From contig NC_043006.1 in assembly GCF_006345805.1 (NCBI RefSeq), forward strand, positions 52,390,001-52,454,000: a stretch of 64,000 bases of DNA, written 5' to 3'. This DNA comes from Octopus sinensis (Eukaryota). Every line of letters starts with the position of its first letter. The first letter of the stretch is position 1. A program made the translations under genes and the position numbers. Shown here piece by piece: positions 29,246 to 43,228 of the stretch. Under the pieces are notes generated by a model that worked only from the letters and a program-made list of their open reading frames with translations, was not told where the DNA came from and did not search any database.

Positions 29246-30780
29246 TTACTAAAACTACTATTTTCCCCACAAAATACTTAATACTATTAATGTTAGTACA
29301 CATATGATAAGTATAATAATAATAACAATATCAACAACAACAACAACATAATGAAATAATTATCATTTAGTCTATATTCATTAAATGAATTATATATTTA
29401 GTAATTAAATAAACATCAAAATATAATCTAACTCCATGTAAAAAAAACCTTTACTAACACTTATTGACTTATATTCAAAACACCCTACAAAACTACAACC
29501 ACTGCTCTCCTATAATAAATAAATAAATTAATTAATTTAATTATAAATATTTAATTTAGACATTCAATCATGTAATATACAATATATAATCACATGCTAA
29601 ATTATTGAATTAATTCTAGTACAAATTATAACTACAAATTAGAAACAAAAATAGGGTTTAAATATAGTCGCTATTTATCTAAAAATTTATTATATAAGTA
29701 AAGTAATTTGTGTCTACATTTAATTTTAAGCACGTCCAATGAATTACCTAACTTATTATGATTATTAAATTTTATTTCTTTAAATTCACTAGAACATAAT
29801 AAACAGGAATTACTACCTATACTATATGATTTCGCATTGCAAACTATCTCCCACTTTAAATTATACTTAATTCGTTAGGATTTTAGTTCCTATATATATT
29901 TACTAAGCCCAGTAGTGTTTATAAGATTTCTATTCTTAAAGGAATGCATATGCTGAGCTACTCTTAATTTAATTTTAGAAGAAGTAGACCCTATATAGAT
30001 AGCGTTTAAGTTATTATTACTCCGATTATTCTCATCAATTCTATAAGAAAAATCATTATTATATTTTATTTAATAAATATTGTTTAACTCTATTTGCTTA
30101 TATATTTAACTATTATTGTTAACCTGAAGAGTGACTATAATTTTAAATTGAATTGATTTTTAATTAAATTTAAATTAAATTTTATTTCGAATTTAATTAT
30201 AGCGATGAAATGTATGTATTTTTTTACTTATTATATATTGATTATTCATTTTTATACTTTTATGATCTAGTTATATGTTTTAAAAATATATATTTTATTT
30301 ATTATTTATGATTTGTTTTATGTCTATCATCGTTTGAATTGCATAATAATGGTTTTTTCTCTAATTTATGTATATATATATATATATGTACAACTATGTG
30401 TGTGTGTCTTTGTTCTGTATTTGTTACCCACCACTGCCTGACAAGCGGTGTTGGTGTGTTTACGTAATTAAAAGAATCCCGTCGTATGTATATATGTATG
30501 TACGAGTGTGTGTGTGTGTGAGAGTGTGTGTCTCCATATTCTTCTTTGGACCTCACTACACTTGGCAACAAGTTTTGGAGTTTTTACGTCAACGTAACTT
30601 AGCGGTTCGGCAGAAGAACCGAATGAAAAAGTACTAGTCCTTAAAAGAAATAAGCCATGGGGGTCGATTGTTCAACGAAAACCCTTCAAGGCAGTGATTT
30701 GAAACAAATATCCGGAAGGCAAATGACCGAAACAAGTAAAGCATGTGTATGTATATATGTATGTATGTATGTATGTTGCT

Positions 30781-33700
30781 GTCAGGTCACCTTCGAGTGC
30801 TACTGGTAACATGTAACCCAGTACAACCTGTTGCATGGTCGGGTCGTCGGCGACTAAACCGGCAACCCCACTAACCTTGCTTGGTGAGGAGGGTGTTTGT
30901 TGGACACCCTGCGGGATGAAAAACAAAACCCGTCAAAGGGCGGAGGACCTCTTGAGAGTCAACGGCCATCCAATAAATGTTAGCACGGGTACATAGAAAT
31001 TCCGGGGTGGTGTCCGGCGTGCTGAAAGACCACTGGGAGTGAGGCGCCCCTCAGCTTTTGTTAAAGCACGTCTCTGAGAGTAGGTGCATAGGCACTTATT
31101 AGAGTAGCAAACCGCTTACCTGATATAAAACCAGATATGCAGGGAATGGCATTGAACATTTTGGGGATCTTTGGTTTGTGCTAGAGATCACGGCGCTCCC
31201 ACATCCCTGAGCCTGCGACTAATATTGGCACCAGACATCTTGCTCCGGCTTGTCTCTGGATAATGTCAATAGAGTGGAGAGGGTCTATGAGGTGTTGTGC
31301 AAGCCTTATTGGACCTTAAACTCTGCACAGGCATTGACGACCTTTTTTTTTATATATCTATCTTATTTTTAGTATATATTTTCTTCATTTTTAGTATATA
31401 TATATATATATTTTTAATTTTTTTTATTCGGAAGTCCTGCGGCGATGGGAAGGTGGTGAAGCATGCAGACCTGACGGGTTGGAAGCATGTAGTCAGCGAC
31501 CCATGCTAGATATAAAGTCGTCTCCTTGTCGCCCAAGACAGCGGTAGGATTCGGTTGCTGCATGGGTGTCTGAGCAGCTCCATTTGGAGAGGGCACTGCT
31601 CACCTGGAGACCGGGGAGGTTCTAGAAAAGGTGAACCAAAAATTGCCAGTCTTTCCATATCTGGTCAGTTTAGCGCGACTGACGGATGTCCACCCTGCGC
31701 TCGAAAAACAAAGAATCTTTTATCTATAAAATCTGGACGGAACTTAAACATTTCATGTTGGAATGTGCGTACTCTGTTGGACAACAAGAGTGATTGCAGG
31801 CCTGAAAGACGCACTGCACTTGTTGCTCGTGAGCTGAACCGTTATAAAATTGATATAGCTGCACTCTCAGATACTCGTATAGAAGGTGATGGTCAGCTTG
31901 AGGAAGTAGGAGGCGGATACACCTATTTTTGGAAAGGAAGGCAGAAGTAGGAGCGCCGAGAGGCTGGTGTTGGTTTTGCAGTCCGATCTGATATCCTGAA
32001 GAAGTTGGAAGAGCTCCCTGTTCCTATAAATGAACGTATAATGACCCTACGGTTGCACTTGAAAGGTAAGCGGTTTGCTACTCTAATAAGTGCCTATGCA
32101 CCTACTTTGACTAGCTGTGATGAAGATAAAATAATCTTTTGTACCCAGCTGAGAGCCATACTTAGAAAAATCCCCAATTCTGATAAAGTTATTCTACTGG
32201 GGGATTTTAATGCCAGAGTAGGAACAGACTGGCAAACATGGAACTCTCTAGGACGTTTTAGAGTAGGGAAAATGAATAGCAATGGTCTCATGCTACTGGA
32301 GCTTTGCGAAGAACATGGACTTTACATTGAAAGTATTCATTTTGTGCACAAAGGTGATCACACAACAACATGGATGCATCCAAGGTCCAAAGTTTGGCAC
32401 TTGCTGGATTACGTCATCATCCGCAAGCGCGACATTTATGACATTTGTAATGTCAAGTCCTTGCATGGATCAGAATGCTGGACAGACCACAGTCTGGTGC
32501 GAGCAAAGTTCCGAATGGTGATTAGGGCGAAAGAGAGAAGAGGACCAGTCAGCATTCCTCGCCGTCTAAATGTCCACAAGGTATATGACGTTGTGGTTAG
32601 GAAAGAGCTTCAGACTCGCTTGTCCAGCATTGAAACTGCTGCAGGATGGGAAGATTTTCGAGACCAGGTTGCAGCCGAAACACTGGGGTATGTTACTGCC
32701 AGACACAGAGACTGGTTTGATGAGAATGATGCTGAAATTCAACGACTATTAGTGGTGAAGCGTCATGCCCACAGTGTGTTTGTTGCTGCACAGAGAACTG
32801 TCTACTGTGCAGCGAAGTCTAGCTCTTGTCCACTATAACAGTGTAAAATCACTACTGCAGCGATCTCTCAGGAAGATGCAGAACACTTGGTGGGAGGATC
32901 TTGCTCGTGATGTTTAGGCTGCTGCTGATGCAAATGACAGCAAGAGGCTTTACCATCTTATGAAGCGAGCTTATGGACCTAAGAGCTCCACATCAGCTCC
33001 TTTGCTTTCCAAGGAGTCTTCCACTATGTTTACTAAATAAACAGAAATCACAGGTCGCTGGATCGAACACTTCTCTGAACTCCTAAACCATGAGTCAGTT
33101 GTGGATGAAACAGTGATTGATACTATGAAACAAAGACCTATCATTGACTCCTTAGACTCCTCGCCATCAATACATGAAGTAATGACATCAATAAGTAAAT
33201 TGAATCTTGGTAGGGCACCTGGAAAGGATGGAATTTGTACTGAGGTCTTGCGATTTGGTGGTAATTGTATCACACAGTCCCTTCATGAATTTATTAGTGC
33301 AGTCTGGAGGGATGGTGCAATCCCTAAGGACTGGAAGGATGCAATTATTCTTCCTCTGTATAAAGGAAAAGGAGCCAGAACAATGTGTGGTAACTACAGA
33401 GGTATTGCTCTACTATCAGCTGCCGGCAAGGTTCTGGCAAATATTCTTCTTACCCGTCTGAATGGGTGTCTCGTAAATGATGCCCTATCTGAATCTCAAT
33501 GTGGCTTCCGATCAGGTAGAGGGACAATGGATATGATTTTCACAGCAAGACAGATGCAGATGTTCTATGAGCAGAATATGTATCTTGTCCAGGTATTCAT
33601 TGATTTAACTAAGGCCTTTGATACTGTAAATAGGGTCTTTCTATGGAAAATACTTGGCAAACTTGGATGTCCGGATCACTTTGTATCAATAATTAAATCA

Positions 33701-34908
33701 TTTCATGATGGGATGGAGGCTTGGGTCAATGTTGGTGATGCCATGGCAGGACCCATTCCTGTAGAGAATGGTGTTAAGCAGGGTGACATCCTTGCCCCAA
33801 CTCTCTTTTCTTTGTACTTTGCTGCTACTTTTACTCATGCTTTTGCTAGGGTTAGCTCTCTGGGAATATATGTCAGATATCGATCTTCTGGCCGCCTCTT
33901 TAATCTTCACCGATTTGCTGCCAATTCAAAGGTTTCCCAGTCTATTATTCGTGACCTCCTTTATGCAGATGACTGTGACTTAGTCACTCATACAGTGGAT
34001 GACATGCAAATACTCATGAATTGCATTTCCTCTTCTTGCAGGGCATTTGGACTCAGCATTAGCCTGGACAAGTCTGTTGTAATGTTCCAGCCTGCACCAG
34101 GAAATCCATATATAGAACCAGCTATCTTGGTTGAAGGAACGATTCTGAAGGTAGTAGACAAGTTTGTCTACCTGGGCAGCACACTCAGCCGTTCTTGCTC
34201 CCTGGATGAGGAAATATCTTTCAGGTTGCAGAGAGCAACTAATTCCTTCCGGTCTCTTCAGTCTCGTGTCTGGTCCCAACATGGCATCGCAAGGAGAACA
34301 AAAGTTGCTGTGTACCGTGCTTGTGTACTGACATCGCTTCTCTACTCATGTGAGACGTGGACTCTGTCAGAAATTCTAGACACACAGATCCTGAGGACAG
34401 CTGATATCTTGAGTATTGAGGCGATGGTACACAAGCAACGGTTGCGTTGGACTGGACACCTTATTAGAATGGAGGATAGAAGGATTCCTAAGCAGATGCT
34501 CTATGGAGAACTTGTGAATGGAAGGAGACTCCGGCAGAAACCAAGGCTGCGATTTAAGGACTGTGTCAAGTCCTCGTTAAAGGCCTTTGATATGCAGGAC
34601 ACTGACTGGGAGAACAATGCCTGTCATCGCCACAGATGGAGGAAGCAGGTTAAGGAGGGGACCGACACTTTTGAGAGAGCACGTATCCAGCATGAAGAAC
34701 TTAAGCGAGCTGCGCGAAAGCGCACAGCTCGTATAGTGAATGGGGAAAGCTTGGTCTGCAATGTTTGCAGTCGTGTATGCTTGTCAAGAGTAGGGCTCAT
34801 TAGCCACCAACGGAGCCGCAAATGCAAAATATAAGTTAGTCCTAGAGCGCACAATGTTCCTGAAGGTCGGCAATGGTCTTCCTCGGTCACGAGTGGACGG
34901 CCATCATC
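30781..34908 (+). mobile_element. Near full-length RTE-clade LINE, disrupted
   Basis: WNVRTL...RRTALVARELNRYKIDIAALSDTR, SAYAPT, GDFNARVG, DLTKAFDTV, GVKQG, LYADD and a C-terminal C..C...H zinc knuckle. In-frame TAG at 31948 and a frameshift at about 32840-33100. Flanked by (ATGT)n. Confidence 0.93.
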
Positions 34909-35181
34909 ATGTATGTATGTATGTATGTATGTATGTATGTATGTATGTATGTATGTATGTATGTGTGCGTGTGCTGTGTGTGTGTGTGTGTATGAATGTA
35001 CACAAACATAACGATAAAACTTTTAAAATCACCAAATAAGTGTCTTATCAAAGAAATTTATTACGGAATGGAAAGAAAATTTTCAATCACCGTTCTTTAA
35101 ATTTCTTTGAGGAAAACTTTCGAATAAATATTCGTTTTCCCTTGTTAAACCTTAATAAACTACTCTCTGCGTAATAAGAAA

Positions 35182-35272
<91 letters not shown>

Positions 35273-35567
35273 AACTTATCTGTGTCAGTTTGCCTATCTC
35301 TCTCTCACTCACTCCTCCCTCTCTCTCTCTCTTTCTTTCTCTCTCTGTCTATCCATCTATCTACCTATGTTTTTTTAAACTCGATCTCTTTCCCTATACA
35401 CAATTAAAATAAATGACTCAGACCCTGTCCACTTCAATTGTTTCCCCTGAATCCTTTCAGAAAGTAACTGAATGATGATTTTCTTACCGTTTGAGAACTC
35501 TTGTAATCGACTGTTTGTTCTAAATGAAGAGCGTGCAATTTCACAAATCAAGTGAAACAGCAGCTGC

Positions 35568-35720
35568 GGTGGAGGCGCAATGACCCAGTAGTTAGGCCAG
35601 CGGACTCGCGGTCGTAAGAATGCGGTTTCGATTCCCAGATCGGGTATTGTGAGTGTGTATTGGGCAAAATCAACTATGCTCCACGAGGTTCCATTGGGAA
35701 GTGGATGAGCCCGCTGTACT
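35568..35720 (+). mobile_element. tRNA-derived SINE fragment
   Basis: GGCGCAATGACCCAGTAGTTAGG...GGTTTCGATTCC A/B-box-like head. Confidence 0.6.
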
Positions 35721-36101
35721 CTTTTACTAACACTTTCTTTCACTCTTTCTCCCTACTTCTGCCACAAATCAGAGGAACCATGGTGTAACCCACTATGGTG
35801 TGGTAAACTTTCAGTCCCTAGTCTAGATTGCGAATCCTCTGTACCCCAGGATGGTTCAGCTCTCCACCTGTTAAAAGCCACCGTTTACGGAATGAGAATA
35901 ACAACGTAGCTTTCGCGCCAGTGCAACCGCCAGTCTATCGTGTGTGGTAGGTGGATCTTCAAGTTGCCACATGCATTCTTAGTAGTTTAGAGTAGGCTCG
36001 AATTAGAGATTATTTTTTGTGGCTAATGTCGTGAGTCCTGATTGGAAGAAGAAGATAGCAGCTGCGTTCAGTCACTGTTTTTCTTGCTCTCAGCGAATAC
36101 A

Positions 36102-36224
<123 letters not shown>

Positions 36225-39200
36225 TCTCTCTCTCTCTCTCTCTCACACACATACACACTCCCTCTTTTTGTCACTCTTATTCTTATGTATGTACGTATGT
36301 GTGTATGTGTGTATGTCCCTTCTAATTTTTAATTTTTATAAAGTTTCCACTGAGGAGGGAGCCAGTTTCCAATATTTTTAGGATGTAGTTAACACGTATG
36401 TATGTTCCTCAGAAAAAAAAAGATTTGGCTGTTATTTCTTGCATGCCCTTCTACCACGTAACTGGTATTTCGGGTCCTTTACGTGTTAGCAGGGCTTGCT
36501 AGAAATAGCAGCCAAATCTTTGGAGGTGAGATACGTTGAATGCACCCAAAAATAACCTATGGAAAAAATTATTTCACACCGAGGTTACGAACAGGTCTTT
36601 TACGAAATATTTACCGTATTTTTAAAGCCATTTCCACTTTCAAATCTTTTTTAAATATGCCAAAACGTTTTTGAAATGGTATTTACTTGAAAATTTTAAA
36701 AATCATTAAAATACTGTCTGTTTCAAGAAAGCTAAAATATAAATACTTACCGTTCAAATACGTTACATTTTTGAAATCACATTCACTTAAAAATATTTCT
36801 AAATGATTAAAATATATTGAACAAAAGCGAAAATAGAAACATTTACTGTAAAAAATAATTCGTTGTCAAGTCACTGTGTCTATTCGAAAGGTTAGAGTTT
36901 CTTCCGTTTCAGAGTTAAGCTATTTTCGGAGTATTTCTCATTATGCACCGTTTTACACCGAAAACCAGTAATATCTCAACAACCAGTTGTCCGGTTTACG
37001 TGAAACTTGTTTTATTCCGTTCATATTCACATTCCAGTTGAGGCTTGTTTTACTCCGTTCATATTCACATTTCAGTTTTGCAGGGAAACATAGCAAGCAA
37101 GAATGCAAGCAAGATTCAAGCTCCCTTTTAATGTATTACAGATTTAGCATGACTAGGAAAATATTAGCTTTGCTATAAATTCGTATAAATTTAGATAATT
37201 TGTACACATTAGTAAGAGAAATTGTTCATACTATTTACATACAGCAATATGTTCACTCTTTTTTCTTCTAATGGTAAGAAAATCAACCCTTTAGCATTTA
37301 CATCATCCATAATATTCTACCTCTTTTATATTGAAAGTGGCCAAATTTGGTCTTTTATACTTATCCTACAATGTCCGTTTAAAAATAAATAATCATATCA
37401 TTTACACCTTTAAGCTTCAATACAATACGTGATTAATTCTAAGTAATATGAATAAACATTACATTTGACACAGTATTCTGAATGCAAAGAACTAAACAAA
37501 TTAGATTTATTTTATAAGAACTTTAAAAATCTAAATTCTTTTCTAGATAATGATCTTGAAAGAACAACCAATCTTTAACCTGTGTATGTACAAAGTCCAG
37601 TTCTAAAATGTCTATTCCTCATCAGTGAAAAGCAAATAATAAATCAGTAAATAATTCAAGTTCACGTGAAATTATTTGAAGTAAAATAAAACAGGTAATT
37701 TTCAGGTTGTTGATATATAAATTGAACTATTTTTACGATATCCAACTGAAATTATTTTTCTCAAATGCATCAAATATGCCAATTTATGTTCTCTTGAAGT
37801 GAAATAAATTTAAGTTTGAAAACTATTGGTTGTTGTGTGTAGTTTATTTAACTTTTCTATATGAATGCATGCATACACATATATGTATGTATGCATGTAT
37901 GTATTTATCCATCCATTCATATTTGTATGTATGTACGAATGTACGTGTCCATCCTTCTCCCCAATCACGTACCCCTCTCTCCATCCATTCATTCATCAAT
38001 CCAGTAATCAATCGACCGAGTGATCAATGGAAGCTGGAAAAACATTAATTTGAATTAATTTCACTACACTTTTTGAAATAGAATATCACTACACTTTTTG
38101 AATTTTTGTCATAAAAAATAATCAGACTGTCTATATCCTGGTGCCAACAGTGGTAAATTCTCCAAGGTACCCGCTTTAGGAAAGTTTTCCTGAAACATGT
38201 TGTTATCCATTTAAAAGCTTGTTTTCCAGCTGGTAATGTCTCTTACAGAAATTGTATCACTACTAATGATTCTATCTTATAATGTGCAATTGATCAACTG
38301 CTGCGACACAATGATAACAGATTTTTACATTTTATAGACAGTTATCAACATGGTAACTACTGACCTTTACAAAAAACGTACAACACAACGAACAGCAAAA
38401 GCTTCCTCATAAGCAAATTGTCCTGTTGTGGTTATGTAACCTCAAGTCAGTCCTTATCTAGCAGACCTATAACTAAAAACATTCCAGCTACACTTGACAA
38501 TTTCTTTGTTAAGACAATGCATATCTAAGACTAGACTGCATTGTTCAGTAAGCGTTTTTACGTATTGAATAAAGTAATTTGAGAAAGATTTAGTGCCTAA
38601 CAGTGGGAGCTTCTTTGTTGTATGGTGGTGGATGCAAAATCATGCTTATATATTTAAATCTGTCTGTATAGTATATTAAAGTTTATTCAGAAAAAATATA
38701 GAGTAACTGTGTTCAAAATGCATATCATCGTGTGATCTCAGCACTGGTTCTGATATTTATGTGACAGAGACATGTCTGAAGAAACTACAAAGAAAACTTG
38801 ATTGGAAAGGATGGGAAAATATGTAAAGAGAAATAAAGACAATAAATCAAGAAACACAAAGACGTACTGTTAAAATTAGCCTGGTAATTTGTTTATTTCA
38901 TTTTCATAGCAATATTAATTCATCTAATCTGAAATGGGTTCTGTTGTTTAATTTATTGGATATGTAGTGCATAAATTTGGTTGCAAACGCTTCCAGAAGA
39001 ATTGTGACAAAGAAGCACAGGATAAAGCATATGAATTAGACAGGAATATTAATACATTAAAGATGAAACATATATATGTATGTTTAGAGAGAAAATAATC
39101 GTTGCAGAAAACCAATATTCAATAGTATATGTGCAAATTAAAACCGTCATTATCATATGGTAGAATGGATTGTTCATATTCTCATACTACAGGGGAAATT

Positions 39201-39231
39201 ATTTGGAATAATAGAAATTCTGTTTCCTTGT

Positions 39232-39407
39232 TTATTTTCTAATATTGCAGTTGGCTCTGTATTGCCAATCACACACTTGCTTTTCCCTGTTGAAGTGCAA
39301 GTTTCCAGGGCAATCCTTTCTGTAGGCAATATTCCAGTCACAATGATAAAAATGTCTGCAGCTTTGTGGATCAGGGAAAAGACCTGAAGCTTCAGGACAT
39401 TTGAAGC
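39232..39407 (-). CDS. Terminal exon encoding a type-2 chitin-binding domain (peritrophin-A/CBM14)
   Basis: FKCPEASGLFPDPQSCRHFYHCDWNIAYRKDCPGNLHFNREKQVCDWQYRANCNIRK*. Spacing is C-x12-C-x5-C-x9-C-x12-C-x7-C with the typical FPDP, FY.C, CP..L.F and CDW motifs. TTTTTCACTAG acceptor, phase 1. AATAAA lies downstream at about 38952-38957. Confidence 0.9.
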
Positions 39408-39988
39408 CTAGTGAAAAAATATGAACAAAATTGACTTTTATTACAAGTGTCGAATAAATGAATTTTAATTATATGTAACTGATGATTGAGTAAACATTTA
39501 TCGATGATCACATTTAATTATTTGATGAGACTGGCAACATGAGGGGTGTATGTATACATGTATGAATATGTGCATACATGTATGTATATGTATATATGTG
39601 TGTGTGTGCATGCATGATTGTGTCTCCTGGTCTTGCTACTGCATGACTGTTACACATGAGTGTCACTTTCATAGAAGCAGTGTTATTCATTTCCAGTATC
39701 CTGTAAAACCATGTCTGGCTATCAAGAAATATTTTTTTACTTGGAGACAGGTGCGGGTTGGCAGCAAAAAAGGTATTCAGCTGTTGAAAATCTGACAGAT
39801 GCAAGGTCTTATCTATCTGCCTGACCTATGCAAGCATGGAAAAGGGGATGTTAAAGCAATAATGATGAATTGCTTTAACTGCTTTTGGAAACCCAAATCA
39901 TTTCGTAAGAGAGACTGGTGCCTTTTTATCTCTTTAATTGAAACAAACAATTCTACATAACAACTCAGCTTCATTACACATGGATGAA

Positions 39989-40050
<62 letters not shown>

Positions 40051-41251
40051 ACACGCGCACACACATACACACTTACAAGTGTGTATTAATCAGAAGGTAA
40101 TGCATAATGAGTGTGTAAGTTCTATACACTAAAATAAATATAAATACCACCACCACAAAAATAAACCAAATAAAATCATCTTTGTCAACTCTCATCTCAA
40201 TTCATTTAGATTAGTGTTTCTCAAACCTTTTCCATCTACTGACACCTTTGATTCCTGTTTTTTTTTAGGTGGACCCTGGCAAACATTTGATGTTTAAAAA
40301 ATCATAATATTAGGAATTGTATAAAAAATATTGTTAAAATATTCCGTTCATTGTAGAAATATAATCGATTTATTGCTCAGAATCTTATATGAACCCTCAA
40401 TGATCATATGGACTGGTTGAGAATGACTGATGAAGATAAAGCAGGAGGAAAAGTTAAGTGATCTTAGTCAGTGACTAAAATATATTTGTACATTCACTGA
40501 ACTGACTTGGAAAATTTCAAAATGAATATATATTTTTCTTTTCTACTTTTGTGTTTTAAAGAAAAATTATTAACTTTACAATTTTTGGGAACAGTATTTT
40601 GAAAGTGAAACCTTTTTAACCAAAACAAACTAGCTCTCAGTATCAGAAAAGTTGGTCAGAATCTTATATTACTTTCATATTTACCCCCTCCCTCCACCCT
40701 ATGGTAAAATGATTACACCCAGCAAGAAGCTTTTAATCTAATCAGCAGATTTATTATGAAATTGTTAGCACTAAGCAGTGTTAAGGCATAAACAGGTTTG
40801 TGACATATGTTTGTGACATATTTCAACTGCTAAAAGGCAAATACACTGCTGTTACCGAGATGTACCTTAGAGAGGCAACTCTGAACGAACTTATAAAGCC
40901 ATAGCTTTATGTATAATCCATTCAACACGACTGATTTGCGCTAGCAGATCACCCAATCGAGGTAAATAACAAATTTTTAGCATTAGGCAGTGTTTAGGCA
41001 TAAGCAGAATTTAGGTTATTTGAAATATGTTGAAATCTATTATTAACCCTCTGCAGCTCTGTTTTATTCGTTTTGCCACTCCATACATCAACTCGAATGT
41101 ATTTACATCTTTGTTCAGTATACTTCATTATCTCATGCGTTTGAATTTTTCCTTTTGATAGATTTACCTCAGGACAACATTTTCTCAATTCTCAGGCAGG
41201 TGAAAACGGTGCTCTAAATGGTTATCGACAGGTAGTAGGTATTATTTAATT

Positions 41252-42148
41252 CTTTCACCCGCACGATTTAATTAAGAAAAAGGATAAATCTCAGATTTTC
41301 TGCATGGAATCTAGTACCCTGACCTCCTAATATCCTGCAAACTCTTTATTTTTGTTCAGGAAAAAAGGCTTGGGGAACCGGACCCCGCCTCCACCATATC
41401 ACGGAATCATTGGGAATTTTTTTTCTGTTGAATGAATTCCGGTGACCTCCTAATATGCTACAAAGCTCTTTTTGGGGTCCGGTAAACGGAATGGGGTGAG
41501 GTGGAAGCCTCGGAAATTTCACCCCCACGTACCCCACCCCCATTGATCTTTTCACCTACACGATTTTCACTAAGAAAAAAAAACTCAAACGCCTTATTTT
41601 TGTTCGGAAAAAAAAGTATGAACATTTTTTTTTTTACTTCGTTTCACACGTACATGCAAAAACGCTAACGTGTTTTTTTTTATAGATGAATTTATCGTTC
41701 GTTATCTCTCCACACACTTCACTACCACTAACTTCTATAACATCTGCATTTTCATTTATTCATTTCAAACTTCTTTGAATTTTCAATTAATGTAGTCCAC
41801 ACTCTCTCGAAAACATATTTCTGCAAAATATTATCTAAAAGTATCGGTAAAGAAAGAAATAGCAAAAAACATTTGAAAATGGGGGTGGAGGTGAAATTTC
41901 CGAGGCTTCCACTTCACCCTACCCTTTTTTCCGGACCCAAAAAAGGGTTTGTAGCATATTAGGAGGTCACCGAAATTCATTCACCGAAAAAATTCCAATG
42001 ATTCCGGGATATGGAGGGGAGAGTCCCGTTCCCCACCTTTTTTTCCGAACAAAAATAAGGAGTTTTCAGCATGTTAGGTCAGGATACTTGATTACACGCA
42101 AAACAACCCGAGTTTATTTTTTCTTAGTGAAAATCGTGCGGGTGAAAG
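41252..42148. mobile_element. Foldback/MITE-like element with long inverted arms in copy B intron
   Basis: About 41320-41540 is the reverse complement of about 41880-42090. TTTCACCCGCACGATTTT is found at both ends in inverted orientation. Confidence 0.75.
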
Positions 42149-42317
42149 GATCAAAGTTTACCAAAAAATATACTCATGTGAACACATAATCATTAAGGTG
42201 GGAGTAGTCAGTTTGAAAACCCCTAGATGAAATGATCAGAATAAATGTTAATTATTTGAGGCAATCAAATAGGAAAAATGCTGAAATTTAGCAATAAATT
42301 AAAGGTACTGTACTTAC

Positions 42318-42332
42318 TTCCTTGGTCAGGTA
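42318..42332 (-). CDS. Copy B candidate micro-exon (15 nt, VPDQG)
   Basis: ATTATTCTTTTGCAG|TACCTGACCAAGGAA|GTAAGTAC. Both splice sites are near consensus, and the exon is phase 1-1 and frame-preserving. Confidence 0.62.
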
Positions 42333-43228
42333 CTGCAAAAGAATAATATAAATCAAAAGCCATATTAGTTTCATTTATACACACATACGTACGTACATAC
42401 ACAAACACATAACACACTCCTAACACATAAAATTACGTGCACTCATATTACCCAGAAAACGAAGTTTATTTGATGCTTTCATGAGATGAGCACGGTCATA
42501 AACCTAGTAAGTCTCAGAATTGGGAAACGTTTATCAACTAAGATTAATCTTGGATTAAGAAACAAAAATTCGTCCACTAATATTTAAAATGTAAAAAAAA
42601 GAAAAAAAATAGTAAGGGAGAGAACTCCAATAGCTGCAGCTTTACCGCTGGTATTTGTTTTTTGTATACGGAATGCTTCCTTGATATATTTCCGTTAGTT
42701 CTTTTAATAAAATTAACTTTGTATAACTGTTTATTGCTTTTAAATGTTCTATTCTTATTCAAAGCAGCAAGACAATTTTAAAGTTCAATGGAAGCAAATT
42801 TTTCAAGCAATATTCAAATGAAATGTTTATACGTGCAATAAACAAAAGCGATTCGAACCGGTCGTTTCCTGAGGCTGGAAGAATGTAATGACCGACTAAG
42901 TAGCCTGATTTCGAGAACATCAGGAATTTTTCGAAATTTTAGAACTGTATAAGAAATTCATGAAAAACATGTAAATTTGGAATATTAAAATTGTCAAAGG
43001 TTTTTAAATTATTAACTGTATTATAATTATGTGTAGTAATAATTTGGTTTTATATTAATTTCGGGAAAAGATAGAAATAAGAAACAGTATTTACTAATTA
43101 ATGTCCATACAATTTTTGAACGCATAAATGACCTAAGTAAAGTGAAAAGATTGTCGCTAGAAATCAAAATCGAATTATGGATCCGGTTCACAAGTACAAA
43201 TTATGTAACATTAAACAGCTATGCTTAC

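Larger units (their letters stand above)
23055..30370 (-). mobile_element. Old AT-rich Penelope-like element remnant with inverted termini, hosting a Helitron and a LINE
   Basis: 24270-24600 is the reverse complement of 30040-30370, and each arm has a degenerate CUGAAGA...GAAA motif. Minus 29690-30015 translates to IYIGSTSSKIKLRVAQH..SF...TGLSKYI*ELK...KWEI...CLLCSSE...CRH (GIY-YIG). Confidence 0.75.

Noticed and set aside
42759-42874. Alternative terminal exon ASGNDRFESLLFIARINISFEYCLKNLLPLNFKIVLLL* with a nearby AATAAA
   Set aside because: It has a plausible acceptor and is in phase, but has no domain similarity and composition like intron sequence. It cannot be excluded as a minor isoform, but the ChtBD2 exon is far better supported.
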